NCBI GenBank assembly: GCA_038087875.1
Contig: CM075988.1
Span: forward strand, 13,766,001-13,830,000
Direction: 5' to 3'
Length of the DNA: 64,000 bases
From: Malacoraja senta
Taxonomy: Eukaryota
The notes beneath the pieces were generated by a model, which saw only the letters and a program-made list of their open reading frames with translations, had not been told where the DNA came from and ran no database searches. A program made the position numbers and the translations under genes. Each line of letters begins with the position of its first letter. Position 1 is the first letter of the stretch. Shown here one piece after another: positions 36,171-49,084 of the stretch.

Positions 36171-36915
36171 GCAAGGTATTTATCAAAGGACTTGCGAGCG
36201 GCGCGACTGGCAGCACGTTGGGTTTGCAGCGTAAGGGAGGGAGGGGCAGCCATGTTGTGCCATCGGGCAGGGGATACGGAAAGGATTCAGAAGCCGGTGG
36301 CCTCCGGTGACCAGCTGTAACCTGCTGTGACCTCCCGATCTGCAGAACGCTCATTCTTTCTGCACATTTGTACGGGGGGGGGGTGGTGGGTGGGTGGGGG
36401 TGGGGGGGGGGGGGGTGGGGGGGTGGGGGGGGGTGGGTGGGTGGGGGGGTTGGAGCGGACGGACGTGGGAGTCCAGCTGCGGGAGGCTTGGCGCGAGCGT
36501 ACTTGAGCGGGGGGCGGGGCCAGGGCCAGGAGCCAGGTGGGCCTCGATTGGTGGGCATGTGGGTCAGTAAAACACCGAGTCCAGCACTGGATCAACTAAA
36601 GGGCCTGTCCCACTGCGTGGACCTAATTTGTGAGTTTAGAAGCGCTTGCACTCGACTCAAACTTGCAGCATGGTCGACACATGGTCCTAGGAGGTCTATG
36701 TAACTCTCCTTCATGCTCGAGAGAAGTTCGAGCAAGAATTTCATTGTCCTATCTGGGACACATGACAATAAACTCTCTTGAATCTTGATTAGATTATAGC
36801 TATTGACAATTCCCGAACCCAATCACAAAATTCCCCATTACATTGTTTCTACAGAAAGTTCTAGCAGGAAGACAGTTTACAAAAGAATAGAAACATTTCT
36901 CCAGGTAGTATAAAC

Positions 36916-37956
36916 TAGGTATGTTACAAAACTTACCTTCAGTCGCGCTGTAATTCTGCCACTGGCCGTGTGCGCGATTTTGGCGCCTTTAAGGGGGGGG
37001 CGGGGTTAAAACGCGGTTTCTTCTCCCTTGTCCTGGAAATATTTTGTTGGAGTACAAAACTTCGCTGACAAAATCGTTCCTACCCGCGTTTTGTGATTTT
37101 TTTTTATTTATTAAATCGTCAATGTCAGCGCTACAGTCATTTTAAAATCAGCTCCTGAAGCGTCAACGCCAATAACGGGGACGGATTTCACACAATGGGC
37201 AGGTAAACGAAAGTGCTTTCTTTAAATGTATAAAAGTGCTTCTTAAGAAGCCTTTAATTCACATTTTGTCATGCGACACGGTGATTTTATTCCCCGAATT
37301 AACGGCAGTATTTTTCATGCCAATACGGGGTTAAATTCACCGCAAATGAACGTTCCAAAAGATCGCGTTCCAGAAATTCTCACTCGCAAGATGAATTAAA
37401 TCCCCATTAATTTACAGGTATTAAACATTCAATTCCTTCCATTTGGCCTGTAAATTCATGAAAATTAGATTAAAAAATTATGTTATATTGTGAATTATTG
37501 TGTGAATGTTATTTGGACACTTAGGCTATTTAAAAATGTTAATCTATTCTTAAGAAATTGATAGATGTTTAGATCTAGTAATTGAATTTTGTAATTAGCT
37601 ACAATTAGGTAACTAACTAATTATATGCTTTACTTTCATGTCTTCGAAGTAAGATTGTTTCATATTTGTTTCAGAATGCTTCAATCTATAATACCTGAAA
37701 ATTTCTTTCAGTTACCATAATTTTTAAGAAAGTTATGGGCTTTTAACTGTCCTCGATCACAGCTTTTGTGTTAAGTCAATGGAAAAGCAATAGGGAACTA
37801 GATGCTAATTTCTGAGTATGATAATGGCCATAACTTTTTTAATACTGAAGATATGAAAGTGAATTAAGTGTCAAATTAAACTTCTTTTTATGCTTTATCT
37901 GATGGGATAAATTGCAGACTTTATTTTTTAAATCTCAAAATTTTGTAACATTGCTA
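36916..37956. mobile_element. Non-autonomous TIR element
   Basis: TAGGTATGTTACAAAA ... TTTTGTAACATTGCTA, flanked by TATAAAC at 36909-36915 and 37957-37963. Confidence 0.7.
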
Positions 37957-40027
37957 TATAAACAATTTGAACAAGGCTTCACACTTCACAAGATAACAGC
38001 ACAAACAATCTGCAACATAATTAACAGTACTTTACAACACCCCCCTATCTGACCAAACCTAATCATGCATATACAACACCTCTTAGCTCTTCTACAAAAC
38101 CCTCATACATATAAACAAAAGGAGAGACATTGGGACCTCGCCTTATCCTCAACTTCCATCTAGGGTCCAGACTCCTTGGAGCGTGACTCACAGCTTGCAA
38201 CCTTCCACAGAAAGTGGACAAACAGGCTTTGCAAATACAGAGATTCTCCATTTTGTGACATATTTTATTAGGCCAATATTATAATTAACAGGACTTAAGA
38301 CATGACATGTATTCAAAAAATATTTTACTGATAGGCTGCATATATGTGAAGTTTTCACAATTCTTGTAAGAACTCATGATATAGAATCATAGAACGTTTG
38401 GTTTTTACTGCACCAAGGAGATCTTCCTACTCCATCTTCTGCCTAGCTTCCACAGCAGCAACACCATCAACGGACTGCTGCATCACTGCAGGCAGATCCA
38501 TGATGACCATAAAAACATGCAGATTTTTGTAATATTCAAATTATATTAAAAATATGCTGCAAAAAGAGTCACAAACTTTGGAATTCATATCTGTCAGTAT
38601 TGTTATCAAGGCAAAGAAAGCAGTTCCAATTGTTTGATATTATTTGATATTATTCATGAGGAAAAAATATAATAGCTCTAAAACCTACCTCAATTTTACA
38701 ATCTCATTAAAGATATTCCCCCTTTCCCTCTCCCCTCCCCCATCTCTCCCTTCCCTTCCCCTCTCTCTCTCCCCTCCCACTCTCACATCCCCCCTCTTTC
38801 TGGCAGGGGGGGCGAAGATGAATGTGGCGTGGGCCCAGCGGGGGGGGGGGGAGGGGAGATGAATGTGGCGTGGTCCAGCGGGGGGTGGCGTGGGCCATTG
38901 GGCACAAATGGCAGTCTGATCCCACCCGGGCCCACTGCGCACGCGTGGAGAGATGCCGTCATTTTGCGTCGCTTCCCCAACTGCGCAGGCGCGGATGGGC
39001 GTATTTCTTTCTCCCCCAGTGGCTGTAACCAGAATTTCGGGTGATTTCCCACAAAGTGAAAATGCTGATTGTGCACCGATTTAAAAAAAAAAAAAAATTC
39101 TGGGGATTTCTTCTTACTCTGGGGAAAATAAGGGGGGTGCGGTCGCACCCCGCGCACCCCCCCTTCGGATGGCCATGAATACTGTTCACTGACTTTTCTC
39201 TGTCGTCATGAGAAATAGAAACAGGAGCGGTCACTTTATCCTGCTCTGCCATTCAAAGATGAAGCTAAGTAGGTCCACTTTCTCAGCCATAGATAACCTA
39301 ATGGATGCATAGTCAACAATAGAAAAGTCTGCTCTAATAAAAACATATTCCTGTTAGAGTATGTAGTCTGCACACACAATAGAAGTCAGCAATGCAGCAT
39401 TAAAAAAAATTAGTTGTATTGAACATTGTGCCACTAATACCAATCATCGCTGCTCCCTGTTAATAACAATTAGGGAGTTTTGGAGAATATTATTAACAAA
39501 TGCATCTCAATGCTTTAATCCAAATGCTTGATTTTGTGATACATATATGAGTTGCCATTGAGCATGGTGAAATTCACTGGCAAGTGATAGGTGGATACGG
39601 GTGAGGAGGGTTTGATTGGAAGATGGGTGGACAAAGGCTAGAGATGAAATGGAGACAAAAGGATGTCGGAGTATAGGAGTGGAACAAGAGTGAAATATAA
39701 AGCAAAAGGGGGTGGGAAAGGCGGGGTGAGAAAGGGGGTGTTGGATAGTGGGAGAAATGCATGCACAGCTGATTGGGGGGTGGGGGGGGGGGTCTAGCAG
39801 ATGGCAATTACTATTTTCAAATTTCAGAAATCATTTGTTGCCTACTAATATTATTCACTATGATTTGTCCTGTTAAAATTGATTAGCGTTCTTTGGGTGA
39901 ACAACATTTTCATTAACACTTTACGCTTTAAGATGAGGGAGTGGTTCCAGGAGCATTGAGTGAATCAAAATTGCTTTTAGAAATGATTGATTAGGTGGCA
40001 TTATAAAAGCTCAATGGTAAGAGGTAG

Positions 40028-41176
40028 TTCCGTTCTTACCTTTCCAACCGATCCCACTTCATCTCTCTCCATAACCACACCTCTGCCACAGCCACTGTCA
40101 CTCAAGGCGTTCCCCAAGGCTCCGTTCTTGGTCCCCTCCTCTTCATCATCTACATCCTCCCCCTTGGTCATATACTCCGTCACTTCAAACTGGACTTCCA
40201 CTGCTATGCTGATGACACCCAGATCTATCTCAGCACCAAGTCCCCCCACCACCCCCCTCTCTCCCATATCAACTCCTGCCTATCAGCCATCAAATCTTGG
40301 ATGCAACTCAACTTCCTTAAATTAAACAGTAGCAAAACAGAATTTCTCCTCATTGGCTCCAAATCAACACTCACTAAAATCAACAACCCCACTCTCACTA
40401 TCGACGGCACCACTGTCTCCCCATCTCCTCAGGCACGCAACCTTGGCGTGATCCTTGACTCAACCCTCTCCCTTGAGCCTCACATCCGCCATGTTGTCAA
40501 AACATCATTTTTTCACCTCCGCAACATTGCAAAAATCAGATCGTCTCTCACACCCCCCGCTGCTGAAAGACTCATCCATGCCTTCATCTCCTCCCGACTG
40601 GACTACTGTAACTCTCTTCTTTTCGGAATCAATTCCAGCAGCATCAAACGACTCCAACTGGTCCAGAATGCAGCCGCCCGACTCATTACCCACACCAACT
40701 CCTGGCACCACATCACCCCAGTTCTCAAAGAACTTCACTGGCTTCCCATTTCCCACCGGATCACCTACAAAATCCTGGTCCTCACCTACAAAGCCCTCAA
40801 CAACCTGGCCCCCCCTTATCTCATTGACCTCCTCTCCCCCTACCAACCCTCACGGTCCCTCAGATCCACATCAGCTGGTCTCCTCTCCACTCCGAATTCA
40901 AACCTCTGCACTTTTGGAGGCAGAGCCTTCTCCAGGGCAGCTCCCAGGCTCTGGAATTCCCTCCCACAACCGGTCCGAAATTCTGAGTCCCTCACCATCT
41001 TCCAGTCCCGCCTCAAGACCCATCTCTTCACCTCTGCATACCCTTAGTCCCATGTTCCCCTCCCCTCTGTCTTACTGCTCTATTTTGTTTTGTTTATTCC
41101 TGACTCTCAATTGTAAAGCGACTTTGAGTCCTGAAAAGCGCTATATAAAATAAATCTATTATTATTATTATTATTA
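40028..41176 (+). mobile_element. L2-clade LINE, 5' truncated, uninterrupted frame 40028-41047
   Basis: SYLSNR, QGVPQGSVLGPLLF, HCYADDTQIY, RNLGVILD, SRLDYCN, LQLVQNAAAR, LHWLP, APRLWNSLP; AATAAA and (ATT)n tail. Confidence 0.93.
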
Positions 41177-42019
41177 CCGTAGAATAGATACATTCAGTCA
41201 AATCGATTTTCCTTAATAAACAGATCCATGTTTCCATACTTTCTATATTCTCTCCATTTAAAAAAAATCTAAATTACCTCCTCTGGTATTATGAACATCT
41301 AAGATGGAGGCACAAGGAACTACATCTGCAGATGCTGGAATCTTGTGTAGAACACACAATGCTGGAGTACATGGATAGGCACTGAGTTGCTCCTGCACTA
41401 CATGAGCGTCTAAGATATCTGTGCCTCTCCATTTCTAACTTGTTGATTATCCCAGCTTATAATTGCCCCACTATCGGTGATCATAAATTCAGTTCCACAG
41501 TCTATGGTTTGGGATTCCCTCCCTAAACCTTGATTGGTGAACTCCAACATGGAATTGTTAAAGAGCAAATAATGTTCAGCTGACTAGTTGACATAATAAG
41601 AAGAGTCGCTGAGGAAGATGCAATTATTGTGTTATGTATAGACTTCTAAAATACATGTGCTTACATCCCATTGTGATACTTGCTATCTCCCTATTTCTGC
41701 AACCTCCTCCAATTCTTATTATTTCCATCGTTCTTTTCAAATCTCTGATTAGCTCTCCATGTCCCTCCATGGCTCTCTCCCTTTGCATATATTTGTAATT
41801 CCTTCCACTCCAACAATTTATCCTCCCTTTCAAACTCCTCCAATGGTTCTCATCCTTTCCCTATTTCCGTACCAAAAATCCTCTCCCAAGAGTTCCTTTC
41901 TTTCCAGTCAAATCCCTCCATAGCCCTCACTCCCCCCTGTCCCTATAACTGCACTAACCCGTAGCATCAAAATTAAGGGCTATGAAATAAAAGGGGCTGT
42001 AGCATGGACAGAACATAAT

Positions 42020-42222
42020 TTCAAAGGTTTCAAAGGTTTCAAAGGTCTTTTATTGTCACGTGTACCTATTAAGGTATAGTGATATGCGAATTACCATACA
42101 ACCATACGAAAATAAAAGCAACAAGACATACAACTACATAAAAGTTAACATAAACATCCATCACAGCGGATTCTCCACATTCCTCACTGTGATGGAAGGC
42201 AAAAAAGCCCAATCTTCTTCCT
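42020..42222 (-). mobile_element. LINE-type 3' tail with (TTTGAAACC)n end
   Basis: Reverse complement of 45075-45253. Confidence 0.7.
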
Positions 42223-42259
42223 CAGGACCCGAGGAAGTATTTAGTAGAGTTCAAAGGAG

Positions 42260-42990
42260 GACACAAAATGCTGGAGAAACTCAGCGGGTGAGGCAGCATC
42301 TATGGAGAGAAGGAATTGACGACTTTTCAGGTCGAGACCTTTCTTCTGACTGATGTCAGGGGAAGGAGGAAGGACAAAGAAAGAAAGTGGGTGGAGATAG
42401 TGGGACATGGAAGGACTGGGAAGGGGGAGGGGAAGGAGAGAGAGAGCAAGGGCTACCTGAAGTTAGAGAAGTCAATGTTCATACCGCTGGGGTGTAAACT
42501 ACCCAAGCAAAATTTGAGGTGCTGCTCCTCCAATTTGTGCTGGGCCTCACTCTGACGATGGAGGAGGCCCAGGACAGAAAGGTCAGATTGGGAATGGGAG
42601 GGGGAGTTGAAGTGCTGGCCCACCGGGAGATCATCTTGGTTAAGACTGACTGAGCGGAGGTGTTCAGCGAAACGATCGCCGTGCCTGGTCTCGCCGATGT
42701 AGCGAAGTTGACACCTGGTTCAGCGGATGCAGTAGATGAGGTTGGAGGAGGTGCAAGTGAACCTTTGCCTCACCTGGAAAGCTGGTTTGGATAGGTGGTT
42801 TTCCTACCCAAATCACCCCCTCCCCAGGTACCTTCCCCCGTAACCGCAGGAGATGCAACACCTGTCATTTTACCACCTCCCTCGACTCAATCCAAGTCCT
42901 ACCCAAACCACCCCCTCCCCAGGTACTTTCCCCTGCAACTGCAGGAGATGCAACAATTGTCACTTTACCCCCCCCCCCCTCAGCTCCATC
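42260..42990 (-). mobile_element. Penelope-like element: GIY-YIG domain and 3' end, with an inverted, duplicated 5' segment
   Basis: Minus strand: SFQVRQRFTCTSSNLIYCIR...IGET...DRFAEHLRSV...KLEEQHL...GMNIDFSNFR*. Plus strand 42805-42985: PGTFP(C)NRRRCNTCHF twice (CCHH linker). Confidence 0.85.
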
Positions 42991-44490
42991 CAACTACTTT
43001 TGAGTAGAGTTCTCCAGGCTCAATACTGGGATCAATGCTTTTGTCAGTGTACAGAAAAGGCTTGGCCATCCATTTAAATTTGCAGGGAACATTTAGTAGA
43101 TGCTGTGAGGATACTAATGACTTCAAGGAGATACAAATGGGTGGTGGAATGGATGAATCAGTGGGAGAAGTCATTTGATCCTGAGAAATAAAGTGTTGGA
43201 GTTTGGGACCAATAATGAAAAGAAGAAATATAGAGAAAAGGAACAAAATACTAAAAGGCTTACAAGAAGATGGATCTGGTGTTAGGATGATTGCAAGGAT
43301 TTGAGCCTTTCATTATGTAGATAGGCAGTAGAGGCTAAGGCTCTTTTCAATGGAACAGTTTGCAAGAGGATCTGATAAATTAATTTAACATCATGGTGGA
43401 GAGAAACCGTTTCTATTTGCAGAGTCAGGAAGAAGGAGATTTACTATAAAATGAAGGTATTGGCAAAATAACCAAAGGTAACACATGGTCAGGGTCTATA
43501 AGGCATTGCCAGCAACATTAAGAACTTCAACTGATGATATTGTAAATTGAACATATTTGCCACCGATTCCGATTCATTCTGCACTGATGACAGTCAAGTA
43601 AAAACTGTGTCTAGTTCTTTTTAAGTGCCATAAATGAAAAATTAAGTGAAGAACACTTTATTTTTCTTTTGATAAGATACTTAGTGACAGTACCTTAAAC
43701 CGGTCTCCTCCATCACTCTTGAAATGAAATGGTCTTGATGGTAATGTGACTGTAGAATTAATGGTTGCAGGCAGCGGAACATTGCAATAAATTTTGTATA
43801 AAATTGCATTGAAACAGAACATCTAATAAAAGAGGGAATGACTGGGCTAGGTTATCTAGTGCAGCAAATATAGCCCACAGCTAAGAAATTAATCATTTGT
43901 GGAATACAGAAGGACATTAGTGGGCAGATTTGCCTTTACTGGTATGGAAACAGTATAGGTTCCAACTGTGAAAACCTAGCGGGTGACACACACATCGATC
44001 CTTGATTTACTGTGCATTTCTTTCAATTCATCCACCTATAACTTCATCTTAATGATGAGGTGCTAAACCTACTCTCACATGCGAATGAAAAATTTCATGG
44101 TACTATTTCAAAAATAGCACAGAGATCTTCTCCATGGTATCGTGGACAATATCCATTGATGAAAATTATTTTCTAAAATTATTCAGCGTTAAAGCTGAGT
44201 AACTGTTTCAGTGTACGATTGTTGGCCTTGCGTGTCGAGATGAAAAACATTTCCTGCTGAAAATGTATGGGATAAAAAGGTATTTTTCATTGCAGGCAAT
44301 ATGGTGGAATTAATAAATTCAGTCATAAATTATTTTTCACATTATCTTGTTTCCAAATCACCAGGGGTTTTGCCCTCCTTGTCCCAACAGTTTTGTGGTT
44401 AAGTAACTGGTCCAGCAGGTGATCTATTGATCAAGATGCAGGGACTTTATCCCACCTTGGCAGCTGGGAAACTTATACTATCAACTAATT

Positions 44491-45253
44491 GATGCTGCCT
44501 CGCCAACAGTCTGTCTGTCCCTTCCTTCTTTGTTCTTTTAATAGTATGTGTTCAATGTATATTTTTAGTGTTCTTTTGCTTGTTTTATGGTGGGGGTGGG
44601 GGTGGGGGTGGGGGGATGCTGGGGGAAACTTTTTAGAATCTCTTACCACGCCGGAAATGCAATTTCTTTCCGTATCGTATCTCCGTCCATACTGCGGCCT
44701 AACATCGAGGAGTTGGCGGCCTTTGCTGGAGACCAACTTCGGGAGCTCCAACCGCGGGTGCCTGCAGACCTACCATCATGGAGCTCGCGATCTCTTTGCC
44801 GGGGATCGACCTTTGTGCTCCAACAGCGGGAGTCTGCAGACTTTAACATCATGGAGCTCGCGGTCTCTGGTTAGAGACCGACTTCGGGAGCTCCAAGCCG
44901 CTGGAGCTGGTACCGCCCCGACACAGGAACTTCGACCACCCCGACGCGGGACCGTTGATCGCCCCAACGTGGGTGCTTCAACCGCCACAACGCGGGGGCT
45001 TCGCCCGACGGCTGCAGGTGCTTCAATCGCCCCGACTGCAGATGGTTCAGCTGCCCCGATCGTGGGAGAATAAAGAGGAAGAAGATTAGACTTTATTGCC
45101 TTCCATCACAGTGAGGAATGTGGTGGATGTTTATGTTAACTTTTATGTAGTTGGGTGTCCTGTTGCATTTTTTTAGTTTGGCTGTATGGTAATTTGCATA
45201 TCACTTTACCTTAATTGGTACACGTGACAATAAAAGACCTTTGAAACCTTTGA
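44491..45253 (+). mobile_element. GC-rich retroposed element with LINE-type tail
   Basis: Internal gaccracttcgggagctccaa repeats; ends cacgtgacaataaaagacctttgaaacctttga. It is absent from the inverted copy of the flank at 46390-46581. Confidence 0.65.
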
Positions 45254-47626
45254 ACTAAAATGGAAAAACAAGGAACTGAAGAGGTTGGAATCTTGAGCAA
45301 AATGAAAAGTGCTGGAGGAACTCAGCGGGTCAGGTAACTTCAGTGGAGAAAATGGACAGATGATGTTTCGGGTTAGGATCCTTCTTGTGCCTCCATTTTA
45401 CTCCAGTGGAATGTCCTCAAAGTATGCCTACTTTGAAGAAGTTCTCCCCCTCTCTCCGACAGGAGTTTTATACCCTCTCTCATTACTGCCCCTCTGTGAC
45501 TGCTGCTACTTTCCCGCAATTTGACCATGTTCTGACCCAGCTAAGACATCATTCTGAAGATGGGGCCTGACCTGAAAGTGTTGTCTGTCAATATCCTCTG
45601 CAGATTTTACCTAACCCACCGAGTTCCTCCATCACTTCTCATTTTTATTATCCAAAATATTATTATCAAAAAAATATCAGGGTCACTAATTTCAGCCAGG
45701 AAACTACTGGGTTGTCATAAAAAATCATCTAATGTTATCAAGGCAGGATATCTGCCATCCTTGCCTGTTCAGGCTAATGTGTGACTCCTTATCAACTAAC
45801 AAGGGTGTCCACGAAAGGACACAACGTGCTTGAGTAACTCAGCAGGTCAGGCAGCATCTCTGGAGAACATAGAGAGGTGATGTTTCGGGTCAAGACCTTT
45901 CTTCAGACCAACATGGATTGGTGACGCTTTGGGTCGAGACCCTTCTTCAGACAACAAAGTTGTTCCTTGTGTTTAGTGACAATGAGAGATGGGCAATAAC
46001 TGATTGCATTGCCAGGACATGAATATCTTAAAATAAATAACAGATCCATCTTCTTCAACATGATGTTTTAAATGATTATGAAATGATCGCATCTCTTTCA
46101 TGTTTCATGGGAGATTCACAGACCAATGTCATTATTTTAATTCCTGTACTTATTCACCTTTAACCAACAATCTCTTACATATCCATTGATGTTCCCCTCA
46201 TTCAACTGCTACCCACTTGATGTAATTTACAGTCAATTAACCTGCCAACCATGTATCTCTCAGATGTGGCAGCCACCTGATGTACCAGGAGGAAACCCAT
46301 ACAGTCACAGGGAGATCATGCAAACGCCACACAGGAAGGACCAAGATTCAAGATCAAATCTGGGTTGCTGAAGCAGTGAGGTAGTAGCTACAACCCGAAA
46401 CGTCATCTATCCATTTCCTCCACTGATGTTACCTGACCCGCTGAGTTCCTCCAGCACTTAGCATTTTGCTCAAGATTCCAACATCTTCAGTTCCTTGTTT
46501 TTTCCAATTTAGTTAATCAGTTGATATAAGTTTCCCAACTGTCAAGGTGGAATAAACCCCATGCATCTTGACCAACCTGCTGTGCCACTGAACTGCACAC
46601 CATTAATAAGCCCAGAGTTTCATGAGACTCAAGAGATTGCTGTAGCTGGAATCTGCAGCAAAAGACAAACTGCAGGAGGAACTCAATGGGTAAGGCAACA
46701 ACAGAGAACCGTTACCTCTAGCTTCAAGAACAGTTTCTTCCCATTAACTGCCAGGCTGTTGAACCAGACTGCACAACCTTAACCACAAACCTACCTCAGC
46801 ACCAAACTACTATAGGACTAAGTTTGCACTCTGTACTTCAGCTTGCATTGTTATGGCCCGGTTACCTTCTATAACTGAGAATTTAATGCATTATTGTTTC
46901 ATGTGTTGTTGCATTAATGTGCCTGTAAAGCTGCAGCAAATAAGAATTTCATTGTTCCAGTCCCAGTGCATATGATAATTAAACACAAGTGACTCTTGTC
47001 ATCCGAACTGCTATTAAAGATGAAATGTTTTCTTCCTCCCATGTGGTGACGGTCCTTGTAAATATATCTCTGTGTTCTCCAGACTCTGGATCCAGACTCT
47101 GGATCCTCTCAGTTTTTATCAAACAAGAACACAAGACAAAAGGGATAACAGAGCCAGTATAAAAAGAGCTGTTTGTTCGTAATAAATTTGTGCCGAAATC
47201 TAATTAATATTTGAAATCAGGATTCCATTGGGCTGTCTTCCCAGACTGATTTATAAATTAAATTATAATTCGATATATCAAGATTTTTAATCTTTCTTCA
47301 CTGAAATGATGTTGCTGGAAGTCCTTTGCTTATTTCATCCTCTAGAATCGATTATTAGTTATCAAACCTTGTGTATCTCAATAATAGTCAATGGGTTGGA
47401 AAGAAGATAATTACTTTTCTACTTTCTGGATGTTTCATGCTGTGGCTGGTGCATTTACACTCAAAGATAACAGGCTAATATAATAACTGAGAATAAAAAA
47501 GCTGGTATAATTTGTGAAGTGTTTCTTAATGTAATAGAGATATTGGTGTGAGGTGATGTAATATTGCTGCATTAATGAAGTGTTTTGTTCCATCTCTCAC
47601 ATCTTTCATTAAACTGATTTCATATT

Positions 47627-47900
47627 AGTTTAGTGTAGAGATATACATTGTGGAAAATGGCCCCTTCGGCACCAACAGCGATCCCTGCACACTAACACTA
47701 TCCTACACACACTAGGGACAATTTACAATTAAACCAAGCCAAGTAACCTACAGACCTGTCTGCCTTTGGATTGTGGGAGGAAACTGGAGATCCCGGAGAA
47801 AACCCACGCAGGTTATGGAGAGAATGTACAAACTCCGTATAGACAAGCACCCGTGATCAGAATTGAAGGTGGGTCTCTGGTGCTGTAAGGCAGCCACCGC
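47627..47900 (-). mobile_element. HE1-like SINE
   Basis: Reverse complement of the SINE at 34581-34894. Confidence 0.8.
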
Positions 47901-49084
47901 GAGGACAACAAGAGGACAAACTGCTCCCTCAACACCTAACGTTTGGGCACAATATGGACAAGAGGCTTAAAAATGGGACCTGACATGCACAAGCATACTG
48001 TCAAAGGGAAGTGCACAAGTTGCCATCTTGGCAAAGGGCAGTCAGTGGCTAATGTTTCCCAGCAGGGTGCAGAGGAGGGAGCGATGCAAATCAGTGCTCA
48101 AAACTGACATGAAGATGAACCCAGTGATCTTGGGAATTTGCATTGAGTCTTCCAGCAGTTCAGTTTACTTTTGTTTCCTCCCACATTCGAAAGGCATGCA
48201 GGTTTGTAGATTAATTGGCTTCTGTAAATCGCCCCTAGTCTGTACGATAGAACCATTGTACAGGTGAGTGCAGACTCGGAGGGCCAAAGGGCCTGTTTCC
48301 ATGCAGTTTTCCTTGTACCAAGGTACGGTGAAAAGCTTTTGTTGTGTGCTAAACAGTCAGCGGAAAGACTATACATGATTACAATCAAGCCATCCACAGT
48401 GTTCAGATATATGATAAAGGGAATAACGTTTAGTGCAGGGTAAAGTCCAGTAAAGTCTGATTTGGGGGAGGAGGAGCGAGAGCGTAAGAACGGGGCACAG
48501 ATGAGACACGTGTGAGGGATCCATCTCTGACAGCAGGGGGAGAATCATGTTTATCTAAGAAACAGGATATCCTAGAATGGAAAGCCTCATCTTTTAAACA
48601 GATGCAGTGGAAATGGTGAAAAGTGATATGCTCAATATGAATTCCAGTGCTCACATCTATATAACTAAAAGTCTCATCTTGACCACTTCCTGTCTGCGCT
48701 GTATATATATTTTAGAAAAAACGCGAACCTATATCGCTATCTTTTTTGGCCATCTTACTCACAGTCCTCGCGGCAGCCCCAAGGATTTTTCCGATCGATG
48801 TAAAATAAAAAAGTTATGAATGTTTAAAAAATCTTGAGATCAGCTGAATGGTCCTCTCGCCTGTCAATCACCATGATGAAGGTAACGCCCCTTCCGGGTG
48901 GGGGAAGGACTATAAAACCCTGGATTCCTGGACGTGAGTCAGTCACTCTAGAAGATCACGAGGGAGAGGCCACAACTGTGATTCTGCTGTGAGTCAACTG
49001 AACTGTGAGTCTACTGAACTGTGAGTCTACTGAACTGTGAGTCTGCAATGCACTTGCAATAAATCATTTTAGCCCTTAATGAAA

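Larger units (their letters stand above)
35632..38421 (-). mobile_element. Second non-autonomous Helitron family, inserted in the hAT transposase (5' boundary tentative)
   Basis: Minus-strand 3' end: perfect hairpin CAGACCC-AAC-GGGTCTG (35644-35660) then cacttggtCTAG|T. Candidate A|TC start at 38421. Confidence 0.55.
35145..39177 (-). mobile_element. hAT-superfamily DNA transposon (hAT5-like, 5-bp TSD), internally deleted, with nested insertions
   Basis: Imperfect TIRs CAGGCCCGTACGAAG and CATGGCCATCCGAAG; TSD AATAC at 35140-35144 and 39178-39182; TTF zinc-finger transposase remnant inside. Confidence 0.72.

Noticed and set aside
35795..36703. Pro/Ser/Leu-rich or Gly/Glu/Arg-rich ORFs
   Set aside because: They arise from low-complexity GA and G tracts that lack stop codons.
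44489..45073. 194-aa ORF
   Set aside because: It lies in a GC-rich repetitive retroposon body and shows no domain motifs.
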